Position numbers and translations under genes: made by a program. Source: a virus (Duplodnaviria; Caudoviricetes). From it: a stretch of 64,000 nt of DNA. The stretch lies in IMG/VR virus record IMGVR_UViG_3300021255_002694, one strand, 5' to 3'. The notes beneath the pieces were generated by a model that saw only the letters and a program-made list of their open reading frames with translations, had not been told where the DNA came from and ran no database searches. This document shows, piece after piece, positions 1-9,859 of this stretch (within the stretch, counting starts at the first letter, position 1; every line of letters starts with the position of its first letter).

Positions 1-14
1 GAGGGGTGAATCGT

Positions 15-629
15 ATGAAACTATACTTTGAAAGATTCCCAGAAGATGATTGGGCATTTCAGGATGCAGAAAGACGATGGCTGTCTCCGGATGATCCGGT
101 TGATGCAGATGTTTACACTGGTGTTGTAGAAGCAACAGTTACAAATCCTGTTACTGGTGAATCCATACAATATACTGTTGAAAAAGAGTATGAGGACACT
201 GATTGTTTTGGAGAAGCATCATGCAGACGTCAATTTGAAAAAGATGCAGAAGAACTTGTATGGGATGCATTGGCAGAAGATTCCGCATTTTCTGATTTAG
301 ATGATGATGAATGGTATGGTCTGCAAATAGAAATTGATAATATAGAATTTGAGCCAAATTTTAACGAAGCTGTCCAGCCGATGAAAAAGAACCTGATAAC
401 AGAAGCAGATGAAAATATAGTTGAACAGGTTGAACAGCTAATTGATTCAATTATAGAAAAGAATCTTGAAGCCGCAAATCTTCCGCAGCTTGTGGAGAGA
501 TCAGTTCAAGGATATGACAGTAGTTGGGCGCAGAAGAATGTTGATCTTGATGCTCAATATAAAGTTGTAAAACAACAATTTGTTTCAGAAGTAGCCAAAT
601 CGCTATTTGCAAATTTTGATAAACGATGA
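15..629 (+). CDS. acidic hypothetical protein, putative capsid-targeted internal protein
   Basis: ATG at 15 after GAGGGGTG SD; begins MKLYFE; second internal leader-like MKKNLITEA. Confidence 0.6.
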   Translation: MKLYFERFPEDDWAFQDAERRWLSPDDPVDADVYTGVVEATVTNPVTGESIQYTVEKEYEDTDCFGEASCRRQFEKDAEELVWDALAEDSAFSDLDDDEWYGLQIEIDNIEFEPNFNEAVQPMKKNLITEADENIVEQVEQLIDSIIEKNLEAANLPQLVERSVQGYDSSWAQKNVDLDAQYKVVKQQFVSEVAKSLFANFDKR

Positions 630-649
630 TGAAAAGGAGATTTTGAATT

Positions 650-1357
650 ATGAACAAGTACATTGCAAAGATTTTTAAGAGTGCCGGAGTTAGCGCAAAG
701 GTTTCAAAGGATTCTGAGAATCCAAGATTTAAGGTAGTTGATAACAAGCTAACACTAGAGGGCATCATTAAAGACGGTAAGTATTCAATGAAGATTAGAG
801 ATTATAAGGGTAAGATTATTGACAATATGTCTGTGGCAGTTTCAAATGGTAATGATATTGTAAACAGAGTAAATGAATCACTTAATACTCTAAAAACTCT
901 TTCTAAAGTATATGAGAACAATCAGTTGAGAGAGGAAGAAGAAGAATTTGATGATGTTGTTGTCAGCGAGGATGAACCTGATACTTTAACTGACGGTCTT
1001 GATGATCTGTATGATGCAATCCTTGATGTTGCAGAAAAGGCTGAAAATCTTTCTGATCTTGCAGATGAAGATGATGCTGAACAGTTAAGCACACTTATTG
1101 GATTTTCAAGTTCTCTATATGATTGTGCGATTGATGTTGATGAATACAGAGAAGATTTGATTGAAGAAGAAGCAGATGAAAACGATGAAGATGTCACAGA
1201 GAGTTTCAAGAAAGTTAAGATTTCAAAAGGCAATGCTAGAAAGGCTCTTGATAATCTAACTCTTGCTGAGTCTATTCTTCGTAAGTGTGACGGTTATTCT
1301 GATATTGTAAAAGCTATTAAGGATATAAAGTCTGAGATGATTGTTAGAGGACGTTGA
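650..1357 (+). CDS. hypothetical protein with acidic central region, putative virion protein
   Basis: AAGGAG SD; LREEEEE and VTES sites. Confidence 0.55.
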   Translation: MNKYIAKIFKSAGVSAKVSKDSENPRFKVVDNKLTLEGIIKDGKYSMKIRDYKGKIIDNMSVAVSNGNDIVNRVNESLNTLKTLSKVYENNQLREEEEEFDDVVVSEDEPDTLTDGLDDLYDAILDVAEKAENLSDLADEDDAEQLSTLIGFSSSLYDCAIDVDEYREDLIEEEADENDEDVTESFKKVKISKGNARKALDNLTLAESILRKCDGYSDIVKAIKDIKSEMIVRGR

Positions 1358-1363
1358 TGATAA

Positions 1364-1765
1364 ATGATTATTCTTAACAAAGAAATAATCAGTCCTGTAA
1401 AAATCGACAAAGATTTAGTAATGACATATAAGCATGAAGGAGATAGATACCTAGTTGCAGTAAATCATAATTTAACTAAGCAACTGGTATCTTATCTCGT
1501 TTACTATGATTTACAGCAAGTAAATAATGCTTTCTTTAAGATTCTTAAATATCTAATAAAGGGTTATTATGAAAATCTTGATGATTTTGAAGCTGATTAT
1601 GTTGATCTTATAAAAAAGTGTGATATATTCATTAAGAGTTGTAATGATAATATTCCAGAGGGCGTTGCTGAAATATCCTGTGATAAAATTGAGATGTTTA
1701 AGCTAGCAATACAGAAACTAAAATATGTTGTTGAAAATATTTGTTACTCGGAGGAAGATGCATGA
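1364..1765 (+). CDS. hypothetical protein
   Basis: ORF packed in operon. Confidence 0.55.
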   Translation: MIILNKEIISPVKIDKDLVMTYKHEGDRYLVAVNHNLTKQLVSYLVYYDLQQVNNAFFKILKYLIKGYYENLDDFEADYVDLIKKCDIFIKSCNDNIPEGVAEISCDKIEMFKLAIQKLKYVVENICYSEEDA

Positions 1766-1980
1766 AGTTCGTTCAATTTTCTAGTATGCCTGTAAAGGGA
1801 AGAATTAAATTTGTACAAGATAAACTAATAAAGTTTGGGTATTTGAAAGAGAATGAGAGTACACCATATAAACGCGATAAGAAATTTATTAAGGCATTGA
1901 TGAAATTTCAAGAAAGTCATGGAATGACACCGAATGCAGATATAACAGAGGATGTTTTTGATGCATTAAATTATAATTGA
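1762..1980 (+). CDS. small peptidoglycan-binding-domain (PG_binding_1-like) protein
   Basis: GGAGG SD, ATGA overlap; VQDKLIKFGYL...ALMKFQESHGMTPNADI pattern. Confidence 0.65.
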   Translation: MKFVQFSSMPVKGRIKFVQDKLIKFGYLKENESTPYKRDKKFIKALMKFQESHGMTPNADITEDVFDALNYN

Positions 1981-1996
1981 TTGGGGGTTAATTGCC

Positions 1997-2347
1997 TTGG
2001 TTAATTACAAAAGAATGATTCAGAAGAATCAAAACAGACGGCTTACAGAGGATGATGATATTGAAGATATTGCAATATCTGATAGACTATATGATATTGC
2101 TAATGATCTTGGATATACTTTTTCTGTGAATAAAAATAATTCAAATGAGGGAATAATATCTATATCTGATTATTTGTCTATCGTCATACGATTCGCTGAT
2201 GATGAAATAAAAAGAATTTTTATAAGAACAGATATTGATAACAGTAGAATAGATTGTACCAGAAATACAACAACTGCTGATAATATATCTATTGAACTTC
2301 AAACATGTGTTCTTATAATTAAAGACATAAAACAAAAATTGATGTAA
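1997..2347 (+). CDS. hypothetical protein, putative internal head protein
   Basis: GGGGT SD, TTG start; basic leader ending RRLTE. Confidence 0.55.
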   Translation: MVNYKRMIQKNQNRRLTEDDDIEDIAISDRLYDIANDLGYTFSVNKNNSNEGIISISDYLSIVIRFADDEIKRIFIRTDIDNSRIDCTRNTTTADNISIELQTCVLIIKDIKQKLM

Positions 2348-2360
2348 GAGGGCGGTTACA

Positions 2361-3377
2361 TTGAAACTTAGAATAAATGAAGATGTTGAGTTCACAAGCG
2401 ATATTCAGGGAATTGATGATATCACGTTTGAGCCTGACACAGATGCATTTGGTAATGTTATGAGTTCTTCGGAAGTTTGTCCTGATTGTGGATGTGAAAC
2501 ATGTGTATGCGGAGAACAGGAGTTTAATATGTATGAGTGCTTAGAAGCACTTGCATTTGTATTCTTGCTTGCTTCTAATGATATTCATACAATACATGTT
2601 AATGCTTGCGGAGATAATTTCAAAGAACTTCACGTTGAAGCTGATGATCTATATAAGATTCTCGGTGAATATTCAGATACGTGCTTTGAATTAAGCTGTG
2701 AAGATGGTCACTTTATAAATAGTCTTAATGATGCAAAAGAACTTGTTGATTGGAACTGCTATGACTGCGGATGTAAGTCATTCAACAATAAAACTGGTAC
2801 TCAGGCAATCATTGATATTTTGCATGAAGTTACGATTGCAATTTCAGAATTGTATCCGGATGTTCCGTCAGATATTCAATCTACTATGGATGAGTGGACT
2901 AGAACACTTAATTCAAAGATGAATTATTTTCTTGGCAGAGTTGTTGAGGTGAATCATATATTCTCACAAGCAAATGAGGGAATTATGAGCCAGTATATAA
3001 CACGCAAGAATAGAATGAGAGGTCTTGTGTGTGAACACCTTGATAAACTGAAACTTGGTCAGTCATATACAATGTTCTGTCAAGTTGAAGATCATATTGA
3101 TGATTATAATGTTGATCCTCTAACACTAAAAGAGGGAGACTATATTATAAGAGATTTCCAGTTCGGTCATCTTCCAAACGGCGGAAATAAAGGATATATC
3201 CCATATAAAGTAAACGCTATTGTATACGATGATGTTTCTGATAAAAGTGGATATCATGATCGCAGAACAAGACTTGAACTAACTGATGATGTAGATGATC
3301 CATTCTATGTTGTTGTGCAGAATGATAGATTTAACGGAATGTTCCACAAACTAAAAAAGAGTTCTATTCAGAAGTGA
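2361..3377 (+). CDS. Dps/ferritin-like domain protein with MKLRINE leader
   Basis: HVNACGDNFKELH-x14-D-x3-E matches the Dps ferroxidase spacing H-x11-H-x14-D-x3-E; Cys clusters flank it. Confidence 0.7.
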   Translation: MKLRINEDVEFTSDIQGIDDITFEPDTDAFGNVMSSSEVCPDCGCETCVCGEQEFNMYECLEALAFVFLLASNDIHTIHVNACGDNFKELHVEADDLYKILGEYSDTCFELSCEDGHFINSLNDAKELVDWNCYDCGCKSFNNKTGTQAIIDILHEVTIAISELYPDVPSDIQSTMDEWTRTLNSKMNYFLGRVVEVNHIFSQANEGIMSQYITRKNRMRGLVCEHLDKLKLGQSYTMFCQVEDHIDDYNVDPLTLKEGDYIIRDFQFGHLPNGGNKGYIPYKVNAIVYDDVSDKSGYHDRRTRLELTDDVDDPFYVVVQNDRFNGMFHKLKKSSIQK

Positions 3378-3387
3378 GGTGAACCAC

Positions 3388-4020
3388 ATGGGAATATTAT
3401 CTGATGCAAAGAATTTATACGTAGTTAGTGATAGAATAACTATTAAAGACTATACAAGAGATTGTGTAAATTATTGGTTGTCTCGTGGTGTTGTTCCAAT
3501 GCTAGAGCAAGTTGCAGAAGATTTATTCGATAGTGATGAATTTACACTTTACTCATATTCAGAATCAAAAGAACTTGTAAGCAATGATCAACTAGAAATG
3601 ATCTCTGTTTATGACTTTGCAAAGAATGTTCAGAACTTAGTATCATTCAATATGCCGGATGATGATGAAGATTTTTATGAATCGAAGAGTGAAAAGAACA
3701 TGAAACTGATGATAAAAGAAAATTATGATCACGAATCTACTTATTATGTAGAGTCTTACTATGATGGTGATTTCAGAGGTCTTGAAGATGATTTTAATTC
3801 GGATGATTTTTCAGAAGTAATGGATTGGATTTGGGAGAAACTAAACAAAGGCGGTTTTGTATGGGTTACTGATAATGTTTCAGGTCAGAATGCAAAATTA
3901 GCTTTACCGGATGATTCTGAATACTATGATTATATTGATCCGAATAGTTGTATTATTTGGAGTTCCAAGTATGGAGAAAACATTGATTTGAACACAAATC
4001 TATATGATCTTCTTCAATAA
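3388..4020 (+). CDS. two-module acidic hypothetical protein
   Basis: GAGGTG SD; internal ESKSEKNMKLMIKE linker/leader. Confidence 0.55.
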   Translation: MGILSDAKNLYVVSDRITIKDYTRDCVNYWLSRGVVPMLEQVAEDLFDSDEFTLYSYSESKELVSNDQLEMISVYDFAKNVQNLVSFNMPDDDEDFYESKSEKNMKLMIKENYDHESTYYVESYYDGDFRGLEDDFNSDDFSEVMDWIWEKLNKGGFVWVTDNVSGQNAKLALPDDSEYYDYIDPNSCIIWSSKYGENIDLNTNLYDLLQ

Positions 4021-4055
4021 TAAAGTTATTTGATATATTTAGTTTGGAGGAAAAT

Positions 4056-4682
4056 ATGTCAACATTAAGTGAATCTAGTAATAACTATTCAAACTCTAAG
4101 ATAGGAAAAGGGTATAAGTTGTTTAGAGTTAAAGACGGAAAGTTGTATCCGCCTATGGTAGCAAATCCGAACAATGCATCTACACCTATCGGTATTTGGG
4201 TAGATGCACAAGCCGGAGAATTTGCCGGATACTCTAAAACAGGTAGAATGAGAGTTAAATCAACTGGTTCTGGAAGTCTTGCATATAGACCAGGGTTTCA
4301 TTGTGCTGATTATCCACTTGCTCCACAGTTTTATAGAACGAATAAGGAGACAGGTGAAAGAGAGTTTCCAAAAGATTTTGTTTGGGCTGAATGTGAATAT
4401 GTTGCTGATATTGACTATCAAGAGGAAGCAATGTCTTACGGAATTACAAAAAGTGGAAAATTTCAACACTCTCTTGCCGGATTGCCAAAAGTTCCTGTAA
4501 ATGGTTTTTATAAATACAGAACCAATCCAAATCCTGACACAGTTCCGTGGATTATAACAGGAGCAATAAGAGTTATTAGATTGCTTGATGATTTTGAAGT
4601 ATCTTCAATTTTAGAAAAACTAAACATAGAGTCACCAAATAGGCAAGGTGGCAATAAAACAATAGAAGAATTAGGTTTCTAA
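4056..4682 (+). CDS. conserved phage protein (GYKLF...KLYP...RPGFH family), function unknown
   Basis: GGAGG SD; leader MSTLSES; globular, motif-rich sequence. Confidence 0.55.
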   Translation: MSTLSESSNNYSNSKIGKGYKLFRVKDGKLYPPMVANPNNASTPIGIWVDAQAGEFAGYSKTGRMRVKSTGSGSLAYRPGFHCADYPLAPQFYRTNKETGEREFPKDFVWAECEYVADIDYQEEAMSYGITKSGKFQHSLAGLPKVPVNGFYKYRTNPNPDTVPWIITGAIRVIRLLDDFEVSSILEKLNIESPNRQGGNKTIEELGF

Positions 4683-4704
4683 TAAAGATGAATGAGGTGT
4701 TAAA

Positions 4705-4953
4705 ATGGTGAAACGTATAGTAAGAGAGTCACTTGAAGATGATGCGAATAGACTTCTTAATAAGATTGATGAGTATATTGATATGTTAATTGACAAAAGA
4801 GCATCATTGACTGAATCAGAAAGTGTATTTTCTGCAATGCAATATGATTTAGGTGTATTCGATAGATGTGAAACAATACGTGATGAACTTAGTAAGGTAC
4901 TGGATAATATTTCAGCTATTGAATATGAAGTAGAACATGCAGATTATGACTAA
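4705..4953 (+). CDS. small helical protein with MVKRIVRES leader
   Basis: GAGGTG SD. Confidence 0.55.
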   Translation: MVKRIVRESLEDDANRLLNKIDEYIDMLIDKRASLTESESVFSAMQYDLGVFDRCETIRDELSKVLDNISAIEYEVEHADYD

Positions 4954-4978
4954 TTTGCATGTTCACGGAGGATAAATT

Positions 4979-5461
4979 ATGAACTTTGACGAGTACAGAG
5001 AAAAGTATCAAAGAATGGAATCTGAATATCTCGGTCTTAAAATAAAGCAAGATATTGAAAATCGTGAAAGTGATGCATCCAAACATCCAAAGGTGAATAA
5101 AGATTGGATTAACTATGCACGAGATCAAAAATTTAATTTTTCAGGTCTTAGACTTCCACAAAATTCAGATTCCAGTTTCTATGAATATCTAAACGGAGAT
5201 ATTCAGCATTTAATCAGTATTTTAACTGTGCAAAAAGAATTTATAATGTGTCCAACATGTCTTACACGATGGACTCTTGATATTAGTTTGAACGGAAGTT
5301 ACATTGTATATGATGAATGCGGACAGGTTGTTATTGATACATTAAATGAACATAATAAGTATATGGAGTATTACAAGTTACCGAAACGCATAGAAACAGT
5401 AATGGACTTGCAAAAAGTTCTTGATGTGATTGAAATGAACATGCACAAGGTTGAAAAATAA
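4979..5461 (+). CDS. hypothetical protein
   Basis: GGAG SD; CPTC motif. Confidence 0.55.
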   Translation: MNFDEYREKYQRMESEYLGLKIKQDIENRESDASKHPKVNKDWINYARDQKFNFSGLRLPQNSDSSFYEYLNGDIQHLISILTVQKEFIMCPTCLTRWTLDISLNGSYIVYDECGQVVIDTLNEHNKYMEYYKLPKRIETVMDLQKVLDVIEMNMHKVEK

Positions 5462-5487
5462 AAAAAAATTAAATTCTGGTGATATGT

Positions 5488-6153
5488 ATGAAACTTATTT
5501 TAGAAGATTTTACAAAACAAGATGTTCAAAAAATATATACAGAAATGTTTGAAGAGTTTACAGACTATAGTGAGGATATTGATTTTTGCACTGATTGTAT
5601 TGTTAATAGGACTGTAAAATGGTTTAACAGAGTGAATACAAAAACTCTTGGAAGATGCGTGTTAGTTGGAACATCCTACGGTGCTGGTAGAGAGATTAAA
5701 GTATTTGATATAGAGTTAAATCCATTTCTTCTTAATTTGAGTGAAAACAATGTAAATGTAATAAAAGAAGTTATTGCACATGAATTTTGTCATACACTAC
5801 CAGACTGTCACAATCATGGAAAAGAGTTTCATAGAAAAGCAAATATCATATATGATTTAATGGGGTATAAAATAGACACAAAGGCAGACGTTGATGCATC
5901 TAGTTATTTCAGACAAGCACAGACAGTTGGTAATACGCCGTACAAAGTTATCTGTGATAATTGTGGAGCAGAACAAAATTTTCCAAGATTGAACGATAAA
6001 ATAAAAAATGCATGGCAATATTCATGCAAAAAATGTGGAAAACCATATCTTGTTCCATATAAACTTAATAAGGCTTCTGGTAATTATGTTGAACTTATAC
6101 CACGAGAACAGATAGATGCAATTAGGCAAATTTATAAAATACCACCACTATAA
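5488..6153 (+). CDS. SprT-like zinc metalloprotease with C-terminal zinc ribbon
   Basis: LGRC, AHEFCH...NHGKEF (HExxH plus third His), two CxxC; MKLILE leader. Confidence 0.8.
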   Translation: MKLILEDFTKQDVQKIYTEMFEEFTDYSEDIDFCTDCIVNRTVKWFNRVNTKTLGRCVLVGTSYGAGREIKVFDIELNPFLLNLSENNVNVIKEVIAHEFCHTLPDCHNHGKEFHRKANIIYDLMGYKIDTKADVDASSYFRQAQTVGNTPYKVICDNCGAEQNFPRLNDKIKNAWQYSCKKCGKPYLVPYKLNKASGNYVELIPREQIDAIRQIYKIPPL

Positions 6154-6177
6154 TTTTTGAAAGAAGATGACCGCTTT

Positions 6178-6384
6178 ATGGTTTGTAAAAATTGTGGGGG
6201 AGAAACTTCAACTGTGTTTTGTGAACATTGTGGAATCAATGTTGTGTGGTTTAACAAATACGGAATTTTGCAAAAAGAATCTAATCCGGAAATATTAGTA
6301 GATGCAGATACAGATGAAGATGCATCTGAATCTATTGATGATCTAATTTCAGATATATTTGTTCCGGATGGATCAGGAGATTGA
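6178..6384 (+). CDS. small zinc-ribbon protein with acidic tail
   Basis: CKNC...CEHC. Confidence 0.5.
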   Translation: MVCKNCGGETSTVFCEHCGINVVWFNKYGILQKESNPEILVDADTDEDASESIDDLISDIFVPDGSGD

Positions 6385-6395
6385 GGTGATACAGC

Positions 6396-7250
6396 ATGGT
6401 ATTAAAAGAAAAGAGCAATTTCGATAATATTGAAAAAGCTGCAAAATACTTTTATGCATATTATGTTGATGGAGATAGTGCATATATTCGTGCAACACTT
6501 TTAAAATTAGGACATAGTGAAACTTTTGTTGATGCTGTGTTCGATGCTATGAGTGCGCGTTATGACGAAGAAGAACTTTATTGGGATGATCTTGATGAAT
6601 GTTTAAATGAGGATTCTTGGGATGATATACTTGAACCACAGAAATTTTATATACCTGATGTTTGGGAAGATTGGAAATTTGATGTTGCACAAGCAGCAGA
6701 AAAATTCGGTTTATCTCTGGATAATTTGGATTATGATAACGATTCTCAAACTATCATAGTGACAGTTGACGGGTATGATAGTCTAGGGTTTGAAAAATAT
6801 CGAAAACTTTATAATTGGGTTGTACGTAATGTGTATCCGGAACAAAATTCCTATGATCTTGATGAATCCGTAAATGTTGTATATGATAAGGACGGAAAAA
6901 CAAATAGATTCTATCTTGATTTCAACAATCCAAGTGATCTATATAGAGAACTTGAAAAGCATTGTGGATATGATTTTGCAACACAGTTCAGAGATGAATT
7001 TGAGCATTGGAAAGAGATAAACATTGATGAAGTAAAAGAGTGTTGGAGTGGAGATATGACTGATGTTCGTGATATTCTCGGTGAAGCACTTGACAGTCTT
7101 GAAAAAGTCTCATTGTATATAATGAAAAATGGCACTGTTCCAGAAATTGATGATCTTAGAGATATTATAAATGAGTCAGAGGATAAAATTGGAGAAGCAA
7201 AAGCTATTGCTGATGATTTCTTTAACTATGGATTTGGTTCAGAGGATTGA
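6396..7250 (+). CDS. acidic multi-module hypothetical protein
   Basis: GAGGTG SD; MVLKE leader, internal LNE/LDES sites. Confidence 0.55.
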   Translation: MVLKEKSNFDNIEKAAKYFYAYYVDGDSAYIRATLLKLGHSETFVDAVFDAMSARYDEEELYWDDLDECLNEDSWDDILEPQKFYIPDVWEDWKFDVAQAAEKFGLSLDNLDYDNDSQTIIVTVDGYDSLGFEKYRKLYNWVVRNVYPEQNSYDLDESVNVVYDKDGKTNRFYLDFNNPSDLYRELEKHCGYDFATQFRDEFEHWKEINIDEVKECWSGDMTDVRDILGEALDSLEKVSLYIMKNGTVPEIDDLRDIINESEDKIGEAKAIADDFFNYGFGSED

Positions 7251-7255
7251 TTTAT

Positions 7256-8053
7256 ATGTTTTTAGTAGAACAGTTTACAGAAAAACAAATAGAGGATATA
7301 TTTGACGATGTATTTATTCAGTTCATGGATAATGCGGACATACTCGGATTTGATAAAAATAAAGTGAGCAAGGTTGTCGGATGGCTTAATCGAAATAATA
7401 GAAAAACGCTTGGCAGATGCACCTATCAGAATGGTAGGTATTCTATATCTTTGAATCCGAATCTGTTGAGTTTTACAGATGACGGAGAGAAGATAATCCG
7501 TGAAACAATCGCTCATGAACTATGTCATACGCTTCCGGGATGCATGAATCACGGCAAAGAGTTTCATTCTAAAGCCGCTAGTATTATGAGACTAATGGGA
7601 TATCACATTGATACAAAGGCAGATATTGATTCAAGTCAATATTTCACTAAATATCTGCCACAAGCTGATTATATGCTGATTTGTGATAAGTGTGGAAATC
7701 AAGTTCCGGTTGCAAGACTTAGTGATCCTGTTAAAAACCCGACAAATTATAATTGTGCAAAATGCGGAGGAAACATTGATTCATATAAGCTAAATAAAGA
7801 TACAGGAGAACTTGAATTGTATAAATCTAGTCAAGATACACCTGAGTATCCGTATGCGGTTAAGTGTGAATCATGTGATTATATGTATCCGTGGTTGAGA
7901 AAGACAAAAATGTTCAAGGATATTCTTCATACTATTGTAAATGGTGGAGTAGTTAGATGCCCTAAATGTCGTAAAGATGTTTTATACCTTGTAGATAATG
8001 GTAGAGAGATACATCCAGATGAAGAAGAAAGATTTAAGTTTCTTGGGCGGTGA
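7256..8053 (+). CDS. SprT-like zinc metalloprotease (paralogue of 5488) with two zinc ribbons
   Basis: AHELCHTLPGCMNHGKEFH; four CxxC; MFLVE leader. Confidence 0.8.
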   Translation: MFLVEQFTEKQIEDIFDDVFIQFMDNADILGFDKNKVSKVVGWLNRNNRKTLGRCTYQNGRYSISLNPNLLSFTDDGEKIIRETIAHELCHTLPGCMNHGKEFHSKAASIMRLMGYHIDTKADIDSSQYFTKYLPQADYMLICDKCGNQVPVARLSDPVKNPTNYNCAKCGGNIDSYKLNKDTGELELYKSSQDTPEYPYAVKCESCDYMYPWLRKTKMFKDILHTIVNGGVVRCPKCRKDVLYLVDNGREIHPDEEERFKFLGR

Positions 8054-8058
8054 TATCA

Positions 8059-8877
8059 TTGATTATTTTAGAGAACTTGACAAAGGCAAAATTTAGCACA
8101 AAGACAACAAATATGTCTTACTATGATGATTTTTTAGATCAGAGACAGTTGAAATATATGCAGAATGCCAAAAACAGAGATGGTAAAATAGTTCAAATGA
8201 CTCCGGAAGAATACTATACTGAATGTGCAAAGAATGTGTTTGATTGTAGCGTAGACTATCTGCTAGATTCAAGAAAAATACACGATGACATTGTTGAAAA
8301 ATATAGATCAGATATGAAAAGCGGAGATACATTTCCGCTATGCTATATAAATTATGCAAGTAAACAGCAAGAGGGATTACACAGAATGCTAGCTGCTGGA
8401 GAAGAATTTGGTTGGAATGTTAAATATCCAGTCTTAGTTGTTACTGTATATGATAAAGAAATTGAAGATTTGAATGAAAGACAGTATAATCTGCAAAACT
8501 ATTTTAAGTATGATTTTAAGAATGATCTTGAAAAAGTAAAAGATGCAATGAATACGATGTATGATGCATATAGAGATTATCCGCCAGATGATATTACGAA
8601 AATACTTCAAAAAGTTCTATATGAAGTATCAGATTCAAAGCTGAAAGCAAGAGTTTATGTTGATTATGCTGATGTTGGTTTGGATATGCTGCTACCAGAA
8701 TCAGTCCATTTTGAACCTGTCATATATGATGGTCTGAATGTATCCGATTACATTGATCCTCAATACTATGCTAAGAACTTTTATATATTTGTGGAAGATA
8801 TGTTTTATTTCCCAGTAGACGATCCTGATGAAATGGAAATAATATGTCAGCCGATCTATGATGATGCAGAAGTATAA
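8059..8877 (+). CDS. ParB/sulfiredoxin-like domain protein
   Basis: QQEGLHRMLAA...PVLVV resembles the ParB-N (D/E)GxHR motif; TTG start giving MIILE. Confidence 0.55.
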   Translation: MIILENLTKAKFSTKTTNMSYYDDFLDQRQLKYMQNAKNRDGKIVQMTPEEYYTECAKNVFDCSVDYLLDSRKIHDDIVEKYRSDMKSGDTFPLCYINYASKQQEGLHRMLAAGEEFGWNVKYPVLVVTVYDKEIEDLNERQYNLQNYFKYDFKNDLEKVKDAMNTMYDAYRDYPPDDITKILQKVLYEVSDSKLKARVYVDYADVGLDMLLPESVHFEPVIYDGLNVSDYIDPQYYAKNFYIFVEDMFYFPVDDPDEMEIICQPIYDDAEV

Positions 8878-8972
8878 CATAAAATAATTTATCTTGTTAA
8901 AATAATAAGTTTTCAGCACTATAAATATGTGTGATATACACATGGCATGATTTATGAAAGGATTTGATTTTA

Positions 8973-9776
8973 ATGATTAGAAAGAATAGAAGATCAATGA
9001 AAGAGAGTTATTCTGATATTGACCACAATAATGTTTGGGATGCATATGATGTTGCTATGGAGTATCTTGGTGCAGATGGTTTATGTGAAGCACTTGCAAA
9101 GGCAATGGGTACAGATGAACTTGAAAGCAACTTAAAGTACATTTTCCGTACATATGATATTCCATTTGGTGATGATGAAGAAATTGATGAGGGTTGTCAT
9201 GGCAGAAAGTCTAAAAAGCGTAAGTCAAAGAAAAATGAGGATTTATCTGATGATCTGATTTGCAAAACATGCAGTAATTTTAAGGTTGAACAAACTGATA
9301 CTGGTACATGGGTAGTTAAAGCAGATAGCAAGAGATTTGGAAAACAGGCTATTGTATTTGAGGGCAATTCTCGCAGAGAAGCACTTAATTGGATGTATAA
9401 GCACATTCAGCCAACCAAGGAGAGTGTAAGAAGATCGTCTAAGAGAAGAACTATGAAAGAGTCTGCTGATGATACAGTCTATGTTGTTTTTAGAAAAGAG
9501 AAGAATCCAACAGAGGATGAAATTTTCTATGGAAACGATGTTACAGCTTTTATATATGGTAACGGAATTCCTGTTCGATACGGTAATATAATGTGTTATC
9601 AGCATATCGGTCAGCACAGCGAGGCAAGTCTTGATTACTACAATTCTACAAAACCAGCTACTCCTGACGAGTATGCCGATCTTCTATCTGAATTGAAATC
9701 AATCTATGATGATGTAAACCTTGTTGTTCGCAGAAAGATTGATTATGATATTCTTCGTAATGAGTGGCGCAGATAA
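8973..9776 (+). CDS. three-module putative polyprotein (internal head protein)
   Basis: leader MIRKNRRSMKES; basic linkers EGCHGRKSKKRKSKKNE and ESVRRSSKRRTMKES. Confidence 0.6.
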   Translation: MIRKNRRSMKESYSDIDHNNVWDAYDVAMEYLGADGLCEALAKAMGTDELESNLKYIFRTYDIPFGDDEEIDEGCHGRKSKKRKSKKNEDLSDDLICKTCSNFKVEQTDTGTWVVKADSKRFGKQAIVFEGNSRREALNWMYKHIQPTKESVRRSSKRRTMKESADDTVYVVFRKEKNPTEDEIFYGNDVTAFIYGNGIPVRYGNIMCYQHIGQHSEASLDYYNSTKPATPDEYADLLSELKSIYDDVNLVVRRKIDYDILRNEWRR

Positions 9777-9787
9777 ATATTATTGAA

Positions 9788-9838
9788 TTTATAGGGTACA
9801 AAACAGAGTTAAATGTGTTCTATTTTGTACCCTATAAA
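9788..9838. terminator. 16-bp perfect inverted repeat, probable terminator or binding site
   Basis: TTTATAGGGTACAAAA...TTTTGTACCCTATAAA. Confidence 0.6.
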
Positions 9839-9859
9839 CAAGATAGGAGTTGATTTATT

